Origin: Trichosphaerium sp. ATCC 40318
Lineage: Eukaryota > Protista > Tubulinea
DNA: 64,000 bases
Assembly: GCA_038496445.1 (NCBI GenBank)
Contig: JALMLS010000085.1
Coordinates: 1-64,000, forward strand
Direction: 5' to 3'
In this document: piece after piece, positions 52,191-63,331 of the stretch
Layout of the letters: every line of letters begins with the position of its first letter
Position numbering within the stretch: position 1 is the first letter of the stretch
Program-made: the position numbers and the translations under genes
Notes under the pieces: generated by a model
What the model saw: only the letters and a program-made list of their open reading frames with translations
Told to the model about the DNA's origin: nothing
Database searches by the model: none

Positions 52191-55100
52191 TTACAACTCT
52201 TCCTTTTCTACTTCTTCAGCCTCAGGTTCTTCAACAACCTCCTCAGCTTCAACTTCTTCAGCTTCTTCTTCTTCAACCTCTTCCTTGACAGGTTCTGGTT
52301 CGACTAAAAGAAAAAAGAATTTAGCCAAAACAGTTTTCTTTGATATTTTTTTAAAGCCTTTAATCGTACCTTCTTGGTCTTCAATGTCAAGTGTTTTTGT
52401 CAATAGTTTGTGTACACGTGCAGCAAACTCTGTAGGCTTAGGTAAAGCATATCCAGAGTTCAATACGGCAGTCTCATACAAAACATAAGTCAAATCTTCC
52501 AAAACTGGATCTTCATCTTCTTCAGCGATCATTTTCTTCATTGTCTAATGCTGTATGAGTTTAAAATATCATAGAGAGATACAAAGGAGATGGTATCGTA
52601 CCTTAACAATAGGATGGCGATGATTAATTTCTAAAGTACGAGCACCACCAGCAGAACTGTACATTTGTCTTGCACGCTTGTCGGATAGCGCTTGAGCTTT
52701 GTAGATACGCTCCATATTAGCTGACATACCGTAGCTTGCAGCTACTAGAGCACAAGGTGTTGTGGTGAGACGGTTGGTGACCTAGATTGTAAATCAACTT
52801 TGAAAAAAAAAAAGGAAAAAAAAGAAAAAGGGTTCTCTTTTGCGGTTTCCTTGTTTACCTTTACTTTGCTGATTGATTTACCAAGAACTTCTTTCATGTA
52901 GTCTGTTACAGGTTTGTATTCTTCTTCAATTTCTTTGATATCCTATTTTCAAGAGATGTAAGAGAAGAGTTTTTCAAAAAGAAAGTTTTGTTTGGTTGGA
53001 AATAAATCAAAAACAACAAACACTCAGTTGTACCTCAGTGTCTAGGTCAAGACCTTCCTTGGCGATATTGACAATCTTGTATTTACCATCGAATTTCTCC
53101 AATACTTGCATAGCATACTCATCAATAGGCTCAGTCATGAACATAACATCATGTCCTTTTGAAACAAGTTTTTCCAAAAGAGGAGAGTTTTGTACTGCTT
53201 CCAGTGATTCACCTGAAATATAATGAGTTAGAAAACAAGGTTATCACGTGGTAACGTGTTGGGAAAATAACTTAAGCGTATGAGGTTCATAAAAACGCCA
53301 AAAGGAGGTGATTAAACTGAAGTACGTACCACCGAGGAAGTAGATTTTTTCGTCGTCTTCCTTGAGCTCATCAACGTATTGTTGAAGAGAGATTTGCTCG
53401 TCTTGGTGCTTAGAACTGTAGAAGCGAAGAAGCTTGGATAAACGAGTCCTGCAAAATAGGTTAAAGAGGATCAAAAACTGGACTTTTTCTGTTTTTTTTT
53501 CTTATTCTTTTCTTACCTGTTTGGTACGTCTTCGAGCATACCGAGTTTCAAGCTTGTGTGGAAGTTCTCGTAGAATTTCTTGTACTTCTCTGGATCCTTT
53601 GCAATTGATTGGAACATAGCAATAGCCTTACGGATAACCTTCTTCTTGATAACCTTCAAAGTTCTGAAAAAAAAAACTTAGAACATTGCTTGTTGGAGTT
53701 TTGAAAACCAAAAGGTTGCCGTACTTGTTCTGTTGGAGTTGTTCTCTTGAAACGTTCAATGGCAAGTCATCAGAGTCAACAAGACCTTTGATAAAAGCAA
53801 GGTATTGTGGCATAATATCTACAATTGTGATCAGAAAACAATTGCGCAGAGCACAACAAAAAGTGCTTACCTTTGAATTGTGATGTGATGAACACTCTTC
53901 TTACGTATAGTTTAAGATCACTCTTGTTTCCACCTTCTTGGAACATGCCAGCAGGTGCTTCAGAAGGAACGTATAGGAGACTGGTAAATTCAACATCACC
54001 CTATGTACAAATAAGTTGGATCTTTGTTTTTTTTGTGGCGTGAGAAAAAAAAGTGGTTTACCTCAGCTTTGAAGTGAGACCATGCCAAAGGATCTTGGTA
54101 GTCGTTTGTCATAGACTTGTAAAACTCATTGTAGTCATCATCAGATATTTCAGATGTTGAGCGTGTCCACAAAGGCTTAACTTCATTGGCTAGATTCCAT
54201 TTCCAAACAGTCTTGGTGATTGTTTTGGTCTTTGCTAAAAAAAAATTTATATTTAGTTTGGGTTGGTTGAGGTTGGCTTCAAACGACTTACGTGTATCAT
54301 CTTCTTCTTCTTCTTCATCTTCATCTTCATCCTCTTCAATTTCGAGGTCATCATCTTCTTTATAGATGGTTAAAAACTAAAAAGCAAAAAACCTTCAAGG
54401 TACATACCTTCTTCTTCTTCTTCGTCTTCAACGACTTCTTCTTCTTCTTCCTCTACAGGAACTTCCTCTGTAACTTCTTCGCTTTCCCATAAGTAGATTG
54501 GGAAGTCAATGTATCTGACAGGGAGGATAAGAAAAAAGCAAAAAACACAAACTCTTCTGAACATACGCAGAGTATTTGGCGACAAGTTCTCTCAATTTAG
54601 CAGGCTCCAAAAATTCAGCTGCGTCTTCTTTGAGTTGAAGTGTGATAACAGTACCACGGCCAAGAGTGTCACCTCTGAATAAGGTTAATAGAGTGTCAAT
54701 TAAAAATGTGACAGTATCAAAAAAAAAGGTCTGCGATTCGCACCTTGGATCTTCACCAATGGTGTAAGATGTATCAGCAGTAGAACTCCATACATACTGC
54801 TCATCTTCATTATTCTTTGTTGTTACAAAGACTTGATCAGCTACCAAAAAGGTAGAGTAGAAACCAACACCGAACTAAACGAAACAAAAGTGTCAACAGA
54901 AAATGTCAAAAAAAAAAATGCAAAAAACCAAATTAACTTTACAAGGCCATGTAACTATGAACAATAGCACATAGGTTTTCAAGCGCCTTCAAGGGACTTT
55001 GTACCACCACGTGAGACTTTTTTTTCGAAAATCAAAAAAAAAAATTAAACTTACTTGACCAATGAGTTTACCGCTGTCACTACCCTCTTGCATTTTATCT

Positions 55101-55973
55101 ATCCAGTCTCTTGTACCAGATTGAGCAATTTTACCAAGGTTCTTTATCAAGTCTTCCTTTGTCATACCAACACCAGTATCACGAACATGTAATTGATTGT
55201 TCTCTGGGTCAGCTCTGATCTATCAAAAAAAAAAAAAAATGTCAACAAAAAGCAACAAACAGTCGACAGTCTGTCTTACCCTGATCTCTAGGTCCTCAGT
55301 GTTACCAAGAACTGATTTATCAGTGAGAGACGCGTATCTGATTTTATCAAGGGCCTAGGTAGGATAGTTTAGAGCGAGTTTAGGCATTTTAAAGTATTAC
55401 TCACGTCAGATGCGTTAGAGATCATTTCTCTGAGGAAAATATCTCTGTTTGAGTATAAAGAGTTGATAATAATACCCATTAGGCGTTTAATCTCGGCCTA
55501 GAAGAAAGGTTAAAGGAGATAAAACAGATTTTTATTTTTATGACAGAAAAACTTTTGTATGTACCTGAAACTCGTGGTTTTCTTCTCCTCGTATAAGTTT
55601 TTGCTCTGCCACGCTGAAACCATCATGGTTCATTTGGACTTCTTCTCTAGAAGAAAAGTTTTAATACTAGAATCACTGTGTAGCACTAGCGTACCTTGCG
55701 ATCACATCGTCGTCTGTTTTTAAACCTACTTTTTCTCCTTTAAGGTCTGCATCCAGTACAGTGTTGTCAATAGGTACAGTCTCTTCTGCATGGCACACGT
55801 AAGTGATAACTACACCAGGGATTAGAAAATGTAAACCAAGTGAATCAGGGCGCGCTGATAAGCACCAACGCTCCAAAAACGAGTTGTACAACAGATCTGA
55901 ACAAAAACGTACATGGTAGTCCTACTACCGTAAAAAAGGTCAAAACCCATAGGGTATTGTCTGTTGTCCTCAT
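52191..55973 (-). CDS. HSP90B1: Endoplasmin / GRP94 (ER Hsp90)
   Basis: Signal peptide, [62 protein letters not shown] and C-terminal KEEL. Confidence 0.97.
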
Positions 55974-56367
55974 ATTGCGGCAAGTGATACTTGTGAAGCT
56001 TGATTGACAGGCAAAATTCGCAAAAAATGTATTAATGACGTGGATGCTTAAGTCCGATGTCCTTAACTTGCCGCGTCACAAAACAGAGCGTGTACTTGTT
56101 TACAGTCTTAACACTGCGAAAGTGCCCAGTAAAGATAAACAACCTGACACGTGATATCATTCCACTTCAAAATGACTTCAAAGAACAAAACTTGTAAAAT
56201 GTTGAAACATCTGTGGATTGTGGATTGAGGTTGACACTTATCGCTATGATTGTGCCCGTACTCACACGTCTAACACATGCACTAGTGTATACTTCCGCGT
56301 GTTTTCTTGTGCGTTTGTTAATTGCTCCGATTTTTCAGCGGAAAAATTCCAATTCCGTAAAAACGCA

Positions 56368-57285
56368 ATGTACACTGCAACTGGCCTGTTTTTCTTATCG
56401 TGTATCGCGCTTATAGTGTCAGGGGGTAGTACAGGCACCCTAGAACCTTCACATGACTATGCCTTGTACCATTGGAACGGTAGTGCTCCTATTACGTCGC
56501 CAGCTCTTTATAGCGTAAAACCAGCAGGTCCTTTGTTTTGGATCACTACGCAGAGCCCAATACACCGTCAACGTCCTTACGCGCAATGCGGCTTCTATAT
56601 CACGCTTCGTCAAGGCGCAGACATTATATTATCATCGCACTACACACAAAAGAGTAGATGGCTCCCTACGCTCACCACTGCGGCTTTATCGAGTGCTAAT
56701 GTATCAAACGATACTCCGTTCTACGTAGACGTTGTACCAGGGATGAAATTTAAAAACGAGCAAGATGATGATTGTGCAACTGTAGTACAGTTAGGTACAC
56801 CTGGTAAATTATACAGAGGATTAGGTTGTACTTTTGGTATCTATGAAGGCCTTTTCGGGAAGAAATGGAGTAGCTGGACAATGTTAGATGGAACGTTTAA
56901 ACGTGATTTCTTGGAAGAATATTCCGGAAGAAAAATCAACTTTACTCTTTCTGGAACAACATCAAGAACATCTTCACCAACAGAATACACAAATGCTATA
57001 ACAGATCTGATTGTATCAACATCTCCTTACTTTATTAGTAAGGATACACCTCTAATATACGAGAAATTTGGTCTTGTTTTTAATTCGAATTCTGAGGAAC
57101 CTAGTAAAGTACCAACATCAATTTCTTTCACTATTGATGTTGATACATTACTATCAAGTAGTAATAAAGGTCAAGGAGAAGAAGTACCTTTTTATATATC
57201 ACTTGACAGTGCATTGTATATAAATAATGGAAGAGTAGACGGAAACATGTCATTAGAGATTTGTATGTCACTCCAAGAAGATTAA
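56368..57285 (+). CDS. Hypothetical intronless secreted protein (~305 aa)
   Basis: Long ORF; first ATG gives the signal peptide MYTATGLFFLSCIALIVSG; several N-glycosylation sequons; no family recognised. Confidence 0.7.
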   Translation: MYTATGLFFLSCIALIVSGGSTGTLEPSHDYALYHWNGSAPITSPALYSVKPAGPLFWITTQSPIHRQRPYAQCGFYITLRQGADIILSSHYTQKSRWLPTLTTAALSSANVSNDTPFYVDVVPGMKFKNEQDDDCATVVQLGTPGKLYRGLGCTFGIYEGLFGKKWSSWTMLDGTFKRDFLEEYSGRKINFTLSGTTSRTSSPTEYTNAITDLIVSTSPYFISKDTPLIYEKFGLVFNSNSEEPSKVPTSISFTIDVDTLLSSSNKGQGEEVPFYISLDSALYINNGRVDGNMSLEICMSLQED

Positions 57286-57403
57286 GTCTCTTTTGTGAAA
57301 CATCATTAAAAAAAATAAAGTTCGAACTTTGATTTCATCATCAAGCTGCTCTTTTGGTTATTTGAATCTTCTCTTTTTGTTGTCTCAATTTAACTCTGTA
57401 TGT

Positions 57404-58827
57404 TTACATTTGAATCACCTTGATATCGGCAACACAGTGGTATACCTTTGGTGCGTATGACTTAACCTTAACTGTACCCAACAGTGTAACTTTGTATTCC
57501 TTCGGAGCATACTTTTGGAAGTGTTCCACAGGCAATGTATCCATATCATCCTTACCGCATAAATAATGGTAATGCATAATGCAACCTTTAGGTGAAGCAA
57601 ATTCGAAAGCCCTAGCAATGAAAGGTTCAGTGTCAGGTAGATAGCCTAAAAGAAGTCAGTAAGTCAATTATTGCAAAAAACGTTAAGCAAAAAATCTTAC
57701 CCATAAGAATCCTTGACGCTTTGCCTACCCATTCATTTCCTTCTTTTCTATTATCCCCACAAATTGCCGTAACTACTCCGTGAACATCATTGAGTACGAG
57801 ATTTTGTTGTAGGTAGAAGAAAGAGTCTTTGTTTTTTTCAATACTTATGACCTTAATACCAACATCTTTGTTGTTTACAGCAAGAGGTGTTGTGAAATAC
57901 CCAAGTCCAGCGAACATATCTATAACTATCTCTTTTGGATTACATTTGACCTTAGATATACGTATACGTTCTGTGCCATTACCAGGAGCGAACATTATGC
58001 GACAAGTGTCAAACTAATAAAATAAGAAGTTTTGCAATGAAATGTCAAAAAAAAAAAAATTCTTGCTTTGTATTTTATCCCATTCTCAACGTGAAGCGCT
58101 ACAGATGTTTCAGAAGGCACTAATGCTTCCATATCTGGTTGTCTTAGCTCTCCCTTTAGTTATAAATCAGCACCGAGTTAACTGTTTACAAAAAGGCAAC
58201 GAACCTGCACTACACCTCTGTGGAAAACAATGTTTACAATATCGCTGTAACATGTTGCCTTGAACGCTTGTATTAATTGTGTCGCATTGTGTGGCTTTAC
58301 AGCAGTTACAATGATGCCTTGGTAAGAAATGTAAGACAAGGGCAAGATTCAAGTGCTAAAGAGAGTAGTACCAGCACCACCACCTCCGTAGTACATCCAT
58401 TTTTTGGGTAGTTTCTGTAACTCCACTTGTGGCCAATCAAAATTGTTTTTAAGGTACTGGCGTATTTTTGCAATTGTACTGGTGGGTTTTTGCTTCGGTT
58501 TTGGATTACTATTGCAAATACGCGTTACAGCGCTTGATTGGTGATGTATGGAATACGTACAGTTGTGTGGTAGGTGTATACTGAAGTTCAAACTCTTGTT
58601 GGTTCGCTTCTTTCAAAAGGTTGTTTACAGTATCCTCAGTGACATCTCTACGCAAAGGAACTATGATAGAGTCGTCTTTGGAAGATGTCTAGGCTTTATA
58701 TCAAAATTCTGTTTTAAATTTCACTTCGTACACGAAATAGCTTTGAGACAAAGTCATGTTTGCCTAGTAAGGCAATCGCAGCATTAGCGTGTTTTTTGTC
58801 AATAATTAATACCAAACACTCTTCCAT
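57404..58827 (-). CDS. TYW2: tRNA wybutosine-synthesizing protein 2 (TYW2/TRMT12, Met-10+ family)
   Basis: ENGIKY, MFAPGNGTERIRI, VIDMFAGLGYFT, IEKNKDSF, GDNR, RILMGYLP and VKSYAPKVYH. Confidence 0.88.
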
Positions 58828-59007
58828 CACGTTTTATCACTAGTTTGTACTTTTTCTACTTATTACATAAACCTGCCACTATTTCTTTATCACGTAGTAT
58901 CTAGAAGGTCTGAAATCAGCGAATTTTCGCTGACTCGTTTTTTAAGCTTCACTGATAATTCTGTTGTTGTTTTTAAACAAAATAGGCAAATAAACAAACC
59001 AAGCGTC

Positions 59008-59751
59008 ATGTACAACACAACAAGTGAAAAAACAAGCGTCTCACCTAATAAAAGAACATTAACTACAAACGTCTCAAATTTATCAAGCCATCAAACGCCG
59101 TTATTTGAACTACCAGTAGAACTACACTGGGAAATTACTGAAACTGACAACGAAGCGTATTTAAAATGGCCGTTGCTCTGTAAACAACTCGCTACATCAT
59201 CCAGATACAACTATAAGCTCCAAAAACACGGTATTTTCAAATTATTCACCAAAACCTTCGAACGAACTCTAAAAGCCTTCAGATTCAACCACGGCGAAGT
59301 ATACGGCGAGTGCCAGTTTTATTACCCAAACGGCAAGCTTAGAAAGCTATATCACATACTCGACGATGAAATGCATGGTGAGTTAAAGCAGTGGTACCCA
59401 AATGGCGTATTGGCTTATCAAATTGGGTACGCTTTCGGTAAGAAAGAAGGCGAATTTATTGAATACGATAAAAACGGCGAGAAATTGCGTCAAGGGTACT
59501 ATGAAGAAGGCAAGTTGCACGATAAATGTTACGAATATTCTAGCGGACAGGTAGCTGAAATATCGAATTATAAAAACGGCGTGAAGGATGGTGAGTCTTC
59601 GTTTTTTGAAGGAAATAGATTGCACTCGACGATGATGTTTAAGGATGGGATAAGAGAAGGTGAGTGTGTAACGTATGATGCGAATGGAGAGGTAGTGAGT
59701 GTTAGGATTTTTAAGGATGGATTTTGTTCTGACGGTGAAGATCAATGGTAA
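59008..59751 (+). CDS. F-box-like plus MORN-variant repeat protein (intronless)
   Basis: LFELPVELHWEI...KWPLLCKQLA followed by G...qyYpNG repeats. Confidence 0.85.
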   Translation: MYNTTSEKTSVSPNKRTLTTNVSNLSSHQTPLFELPVELHWEITETDNEAYLKWPLLCKQLATSSRYNYKLQKHGIFKLFTKTFERTLKAFRFNHGEVYGECQFYYPNGKLRKLYHILDDEMHGELKQWYPNGVLAYQIGYAFGKKEGEFIEYDKNGEKLRQGYYEEGKLHDKCYEYSSGQVAEISNYKNGVKDGESSFFEGNRLHSTMMFKDGIREGECVTYDANGEVVSVRIFKDGFCSDGEDQW

Positions 59752-60020
59752 GAAAAAAACGTAAGTAAGACGAAAAGTTGTAGTTTAAGAAAATAAATAA
59801 AATTATTTTAATTTTCTACGTGAGTGTTTCTTGTTGTAAATAATGCATTTTTACTTTTAAAGAAGTGCAATTGATCTGTTATCGTGTTGCAGACATACGT
59901 CAATATTATGTACACCCGCCAAAGCCTTTCGTCTCGTAAATAGTCTAACCTTGACCGTAGGTTTACCATGCAAGATAATTATTTAGCACCGGATTTGATT
60001 GCCTCACCAAAAAGAATAGT

Positions 60021-61470
60021 ATGGAGTTCTCTTGCGTTTCACTTGATCTGGTGCTGGCTTACTACCGCGAACACCAAGCAGAAGCCTTAGGAATAGTTAG
60101 TACAGACAAAGAACGAAACCAATCGTTCATAAAACAGCTTGAGACTATCATCGCAGATGCAAACAAAAGTCTTGTACAAAAACTTGATCAAACTCTTTTC
60201 AAACACATGGATATCATCACGGAATCAAATAATAAGCCTTCGGAACAATACGACAACACATGTTCAAAGCGCAGGAGTAAAATAAAGTACGCTTTGTAAC
60301 GAGTAATTACAAACTCCTATTTTTAGATAATTTATTTTTCTTGTTGGGTTTTTTTTTTGCTAACTGCGAGGTAGAGCGCACGTGGCGCCAAAGGAATTGA
60401 ACTTATTGGATTTCCCACGTGAAATCCTTTCACATCACATTCTACCTCAAACAGACGCAAAGTCGAGATTTTCTGTTGCACAATCCTGCCGTTTGATGTC
60501 TTTTCTCATTCATAATATTGTTGGATATCAGTTTATTCGTCTGAAGCATATTCCCGATATTTTGACGATACGACAATACAAAGGTATAGTCAACAACACA
60601 GTAATCGAACTTGATGTAGGTATGGATAACTCATTGTATTCATTGTTGGCTGGATGTCGTAATATTCAAACCCCGTATGGATACAACAGTTCGATTAATG
60701 ATTGTGATCTTAAAGCGATTGCAAAAAAGGGTGTTCATTCTCTAAACATTTGGGACTGTGACCATGTTACCGATGAAGGTATAAAAGCGCTAGCGGGAAT
60801 CCACAGTATTGATCTCGAGTGTACTGCGGTAACAGATGAAGGGCTCAAATCATTGAAAGGCGTTCACACAATAAGTCTTCAGTATTGCGCAAATATTACT
60901 GACGAAGGAGTAAAAGCACTTGCAGGAGTTCATGACATCAACATTTCTTCCTCTGGAACTATTACTGATAGAGGTATAAAAGCGCTGGCAGGCGTTCACA
61001 CCATCGATATCAATGGTACGCAAGTTACTGATGATGGTATAAAAGCACTAGCGGGTGTTCACTCTATTGTTCTTTGTGGCACACAAGCTACAGATGAAGG
61101 TATAAAAGCGCTTTCTGGTGTGCATTCCATCGACCTTCGGGGCACTTCAGTGACCGATGAAGGCCTTAAAGCAATCAAGGGTGTACATACAATAGACCTT
61201 CGTGGTACTTCAGTTACGGATGAAGGTATCAAAGCTCTCAAAGGCGTACACACAATTAATCTAAGCAGTACTTCTGTCACTGATGAAGGGCTCAAAGCTC
61301 TAAAAGGCGCTTATAATGTCGATATTGGGCATTGTCATGGTATTACAGATGTAGGCTTAAAATTTCTCATAGATGCCCACACTGTTAGGCTCTATGGTTG
61401 TACTCAAGTAACAGAAAATGCAATTGAACTGCTGAAGTCTCACCATGTGAACGTAATTACACATAAATGA
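60021..61470 (+). CDS. F-box plus leucine-rich repeat protein, 2 exons
   Basis: Phase-2 intron 60287-60374 joins the ATG ORF at 60021 to LNLLDFPREILSHHILP (F-box) and about ten 24-25 aa GVHTIDL.GT.VTDEGIKAL repeats. Confidence 0.9.
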
Positions 61471-61927
61471 AACAGAGAAAAATAAACTAAGTGATTAAGA
61501 AACTATTGTTTGTATTGTTAATAAAACAACTATTATATGTTAGAGCTTGTATATGTTTTGTTAAAGGATGAATACCAATACACTAATGGCATCAAAGATG
61601 AGGGAAAGAAAAATGTCAATCCAAGACTGTATTTTATTTAGATTGGACTGCCATTCGCACCAAAAAAGTAGAGCTAGAACCCTGTAATAATTCGCTATCA
61701 CGTGATTTTTTATTTTTACATATACTATTCCCCCTCTTGTCCTCTCAAGAGGACTAGCGCACATGCATCAACTCACTATTTTGACATTTTTCTTGGTACT
61801 CTTTCACCGTTTCTCCGTGAACGTGACCTTTAAAATGCACAAATTGCGGACGACAAGGGTCACGACACCGGATAAACTTTGAGCACTGCAATATTCGTTC
61901 GCAACATCGGACTAACAGTTGTGAATT

Positions 61928-62505
61928 ATGTTTACACCATACTTAATACAACTCAAACCGAAATGCAGCTTCTACTCAACATCAATTTATACTCTTGCCA
62001 TAGCTTGTTTGCTTATAATATTCGCATGCCCAGCAGCTAGTTCTGAAGAAGAGGAGGAAGCTTGCTTAGGAAAATGGTGTTCAACATTGTACTCAAAGGA
62101 CGGAAGGACTTTTTGTGGGGATAGGTGGGCTCGTGCCCTAATAATTTCTCGAATGTACGTGGATAGACATTGTTTGTATGCACCGATGGCCTTACTCCAA
62201 GTAGCATGCTAAAGTTAAACTGTCACAAAAATGTAAACGGTGCAATAAACGAACTGTAGGTGGGAAGAAATGCAATCACAAAGAAGCCACATTTCCCAAC
62301 ACTCTTATCTCAAAATACGAGTGTAAATGATTTTGTACAACCTAATTTAAATGCAAGAAAAAAGGTATTTTGTTTAAATGTATCTCAACCTGACATGGTC
62401 TTGGATCATGCTGTAGTTGTACCCAAAGACGTGTGGTTTATTAGTTTTTCAGACAGAAAGAGCTCTTTACAATTTCAACGCGTATATGTCTACACGTGGC
62501 AATGA
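61928..62505 (+). CDS. Hypothetical small secreted or membrane protein (spliced)
   Basis: Hydrophobic LAIACLLIIFACPAAS segment, Cys residues and a GTACGT donor; exon structure uncertain. Confidence 0.4.
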
Positions 62506-62551
62506 CTTAATCGACTTGTCTGGCTTGACTAGTTAGTTTTTTCAGAGAAGC

Positions 62552-63109
62552 ATGGCTTCTTCAACACCTCTACCACAGTACTATTTCGGCTTTGGCTCCA
62601 ACCTGAATGCCTCTGCAGTTACGGCATGGTGTAAAAAGCGCAGAATGAAGGAGATACGGCTAACATACGTCTCGAATGGCTGGCTGGACGGCTATAAGCC
62701 TAGATTTACAAATACGACTACAAATAGTGTTAGAATGCGCGTTTAGATGATTTCTAATAGCAAACAGGGTTTTGACAAGCCAGGATACTTAGATATTGTT
62801 GAAAGTAGCGGCGAACGCGTTGAAGGCGTCATTTATAGTATCTCCGAAGCAGAAAAGGCGATTCTTCGTAAAAAAGAAGTATTCCCAACCATGTACTTAG
62901 AACGATCTTTAGAAGTTACTGCTACTGATGGTAAGCGCTACACGTGCGTTGTGTATCAAATGAACATGCCTCAATCAATTGACATCCCGCCTTCCTCTCG
63001 ATACAAGCAAATCTTGATTGAAGGTGCAAAGGAAATGAACCTCAGCGCGGAGTACATAAAATGGCTTGAAAGGCAGCCAGTAAAGGTCTATGAGAAACGG
63101 AAAAAATAA
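62552..63109 (+). CDS. Gamma-glutamylcyclotransferase family protein
   Basis: YYFGFGSNL, VEGVIYSI, LRKKE and PPSSRYKQILIEGAKEMNLSAEYI. The two ORFs are in the same frame, separated by one TAG (short intron or readthrough). Confidence 0.88.
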
Positions 63110-63331
63110 ATAAAAAACTATCACGTGATTGTGTTGCACATTGCAAATACAGATCCGTTGTCTTCTTCTGTGACATATACGAGGTCATATATCATTGTAA
63201 GAAAGCCGTGGAATAAAAGAAAGAGGTCGCATTGCTGTGTAGGCACTTCACAATCGGTGTTATTACAGCCAACAAAAAAAACTATCAAAAGTCAGAAAAC
63301 GTCAACTTTGTTGTTGTTTTGGCTTTGCGCC

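Noticed and set aside
61730-61760. Hairpin plus CTAG resembling a Helitron 3' end
   Set aside because: CTAG abuts the hairpin, is not followed by T, and no 5' end or Rep/helicase is evident.
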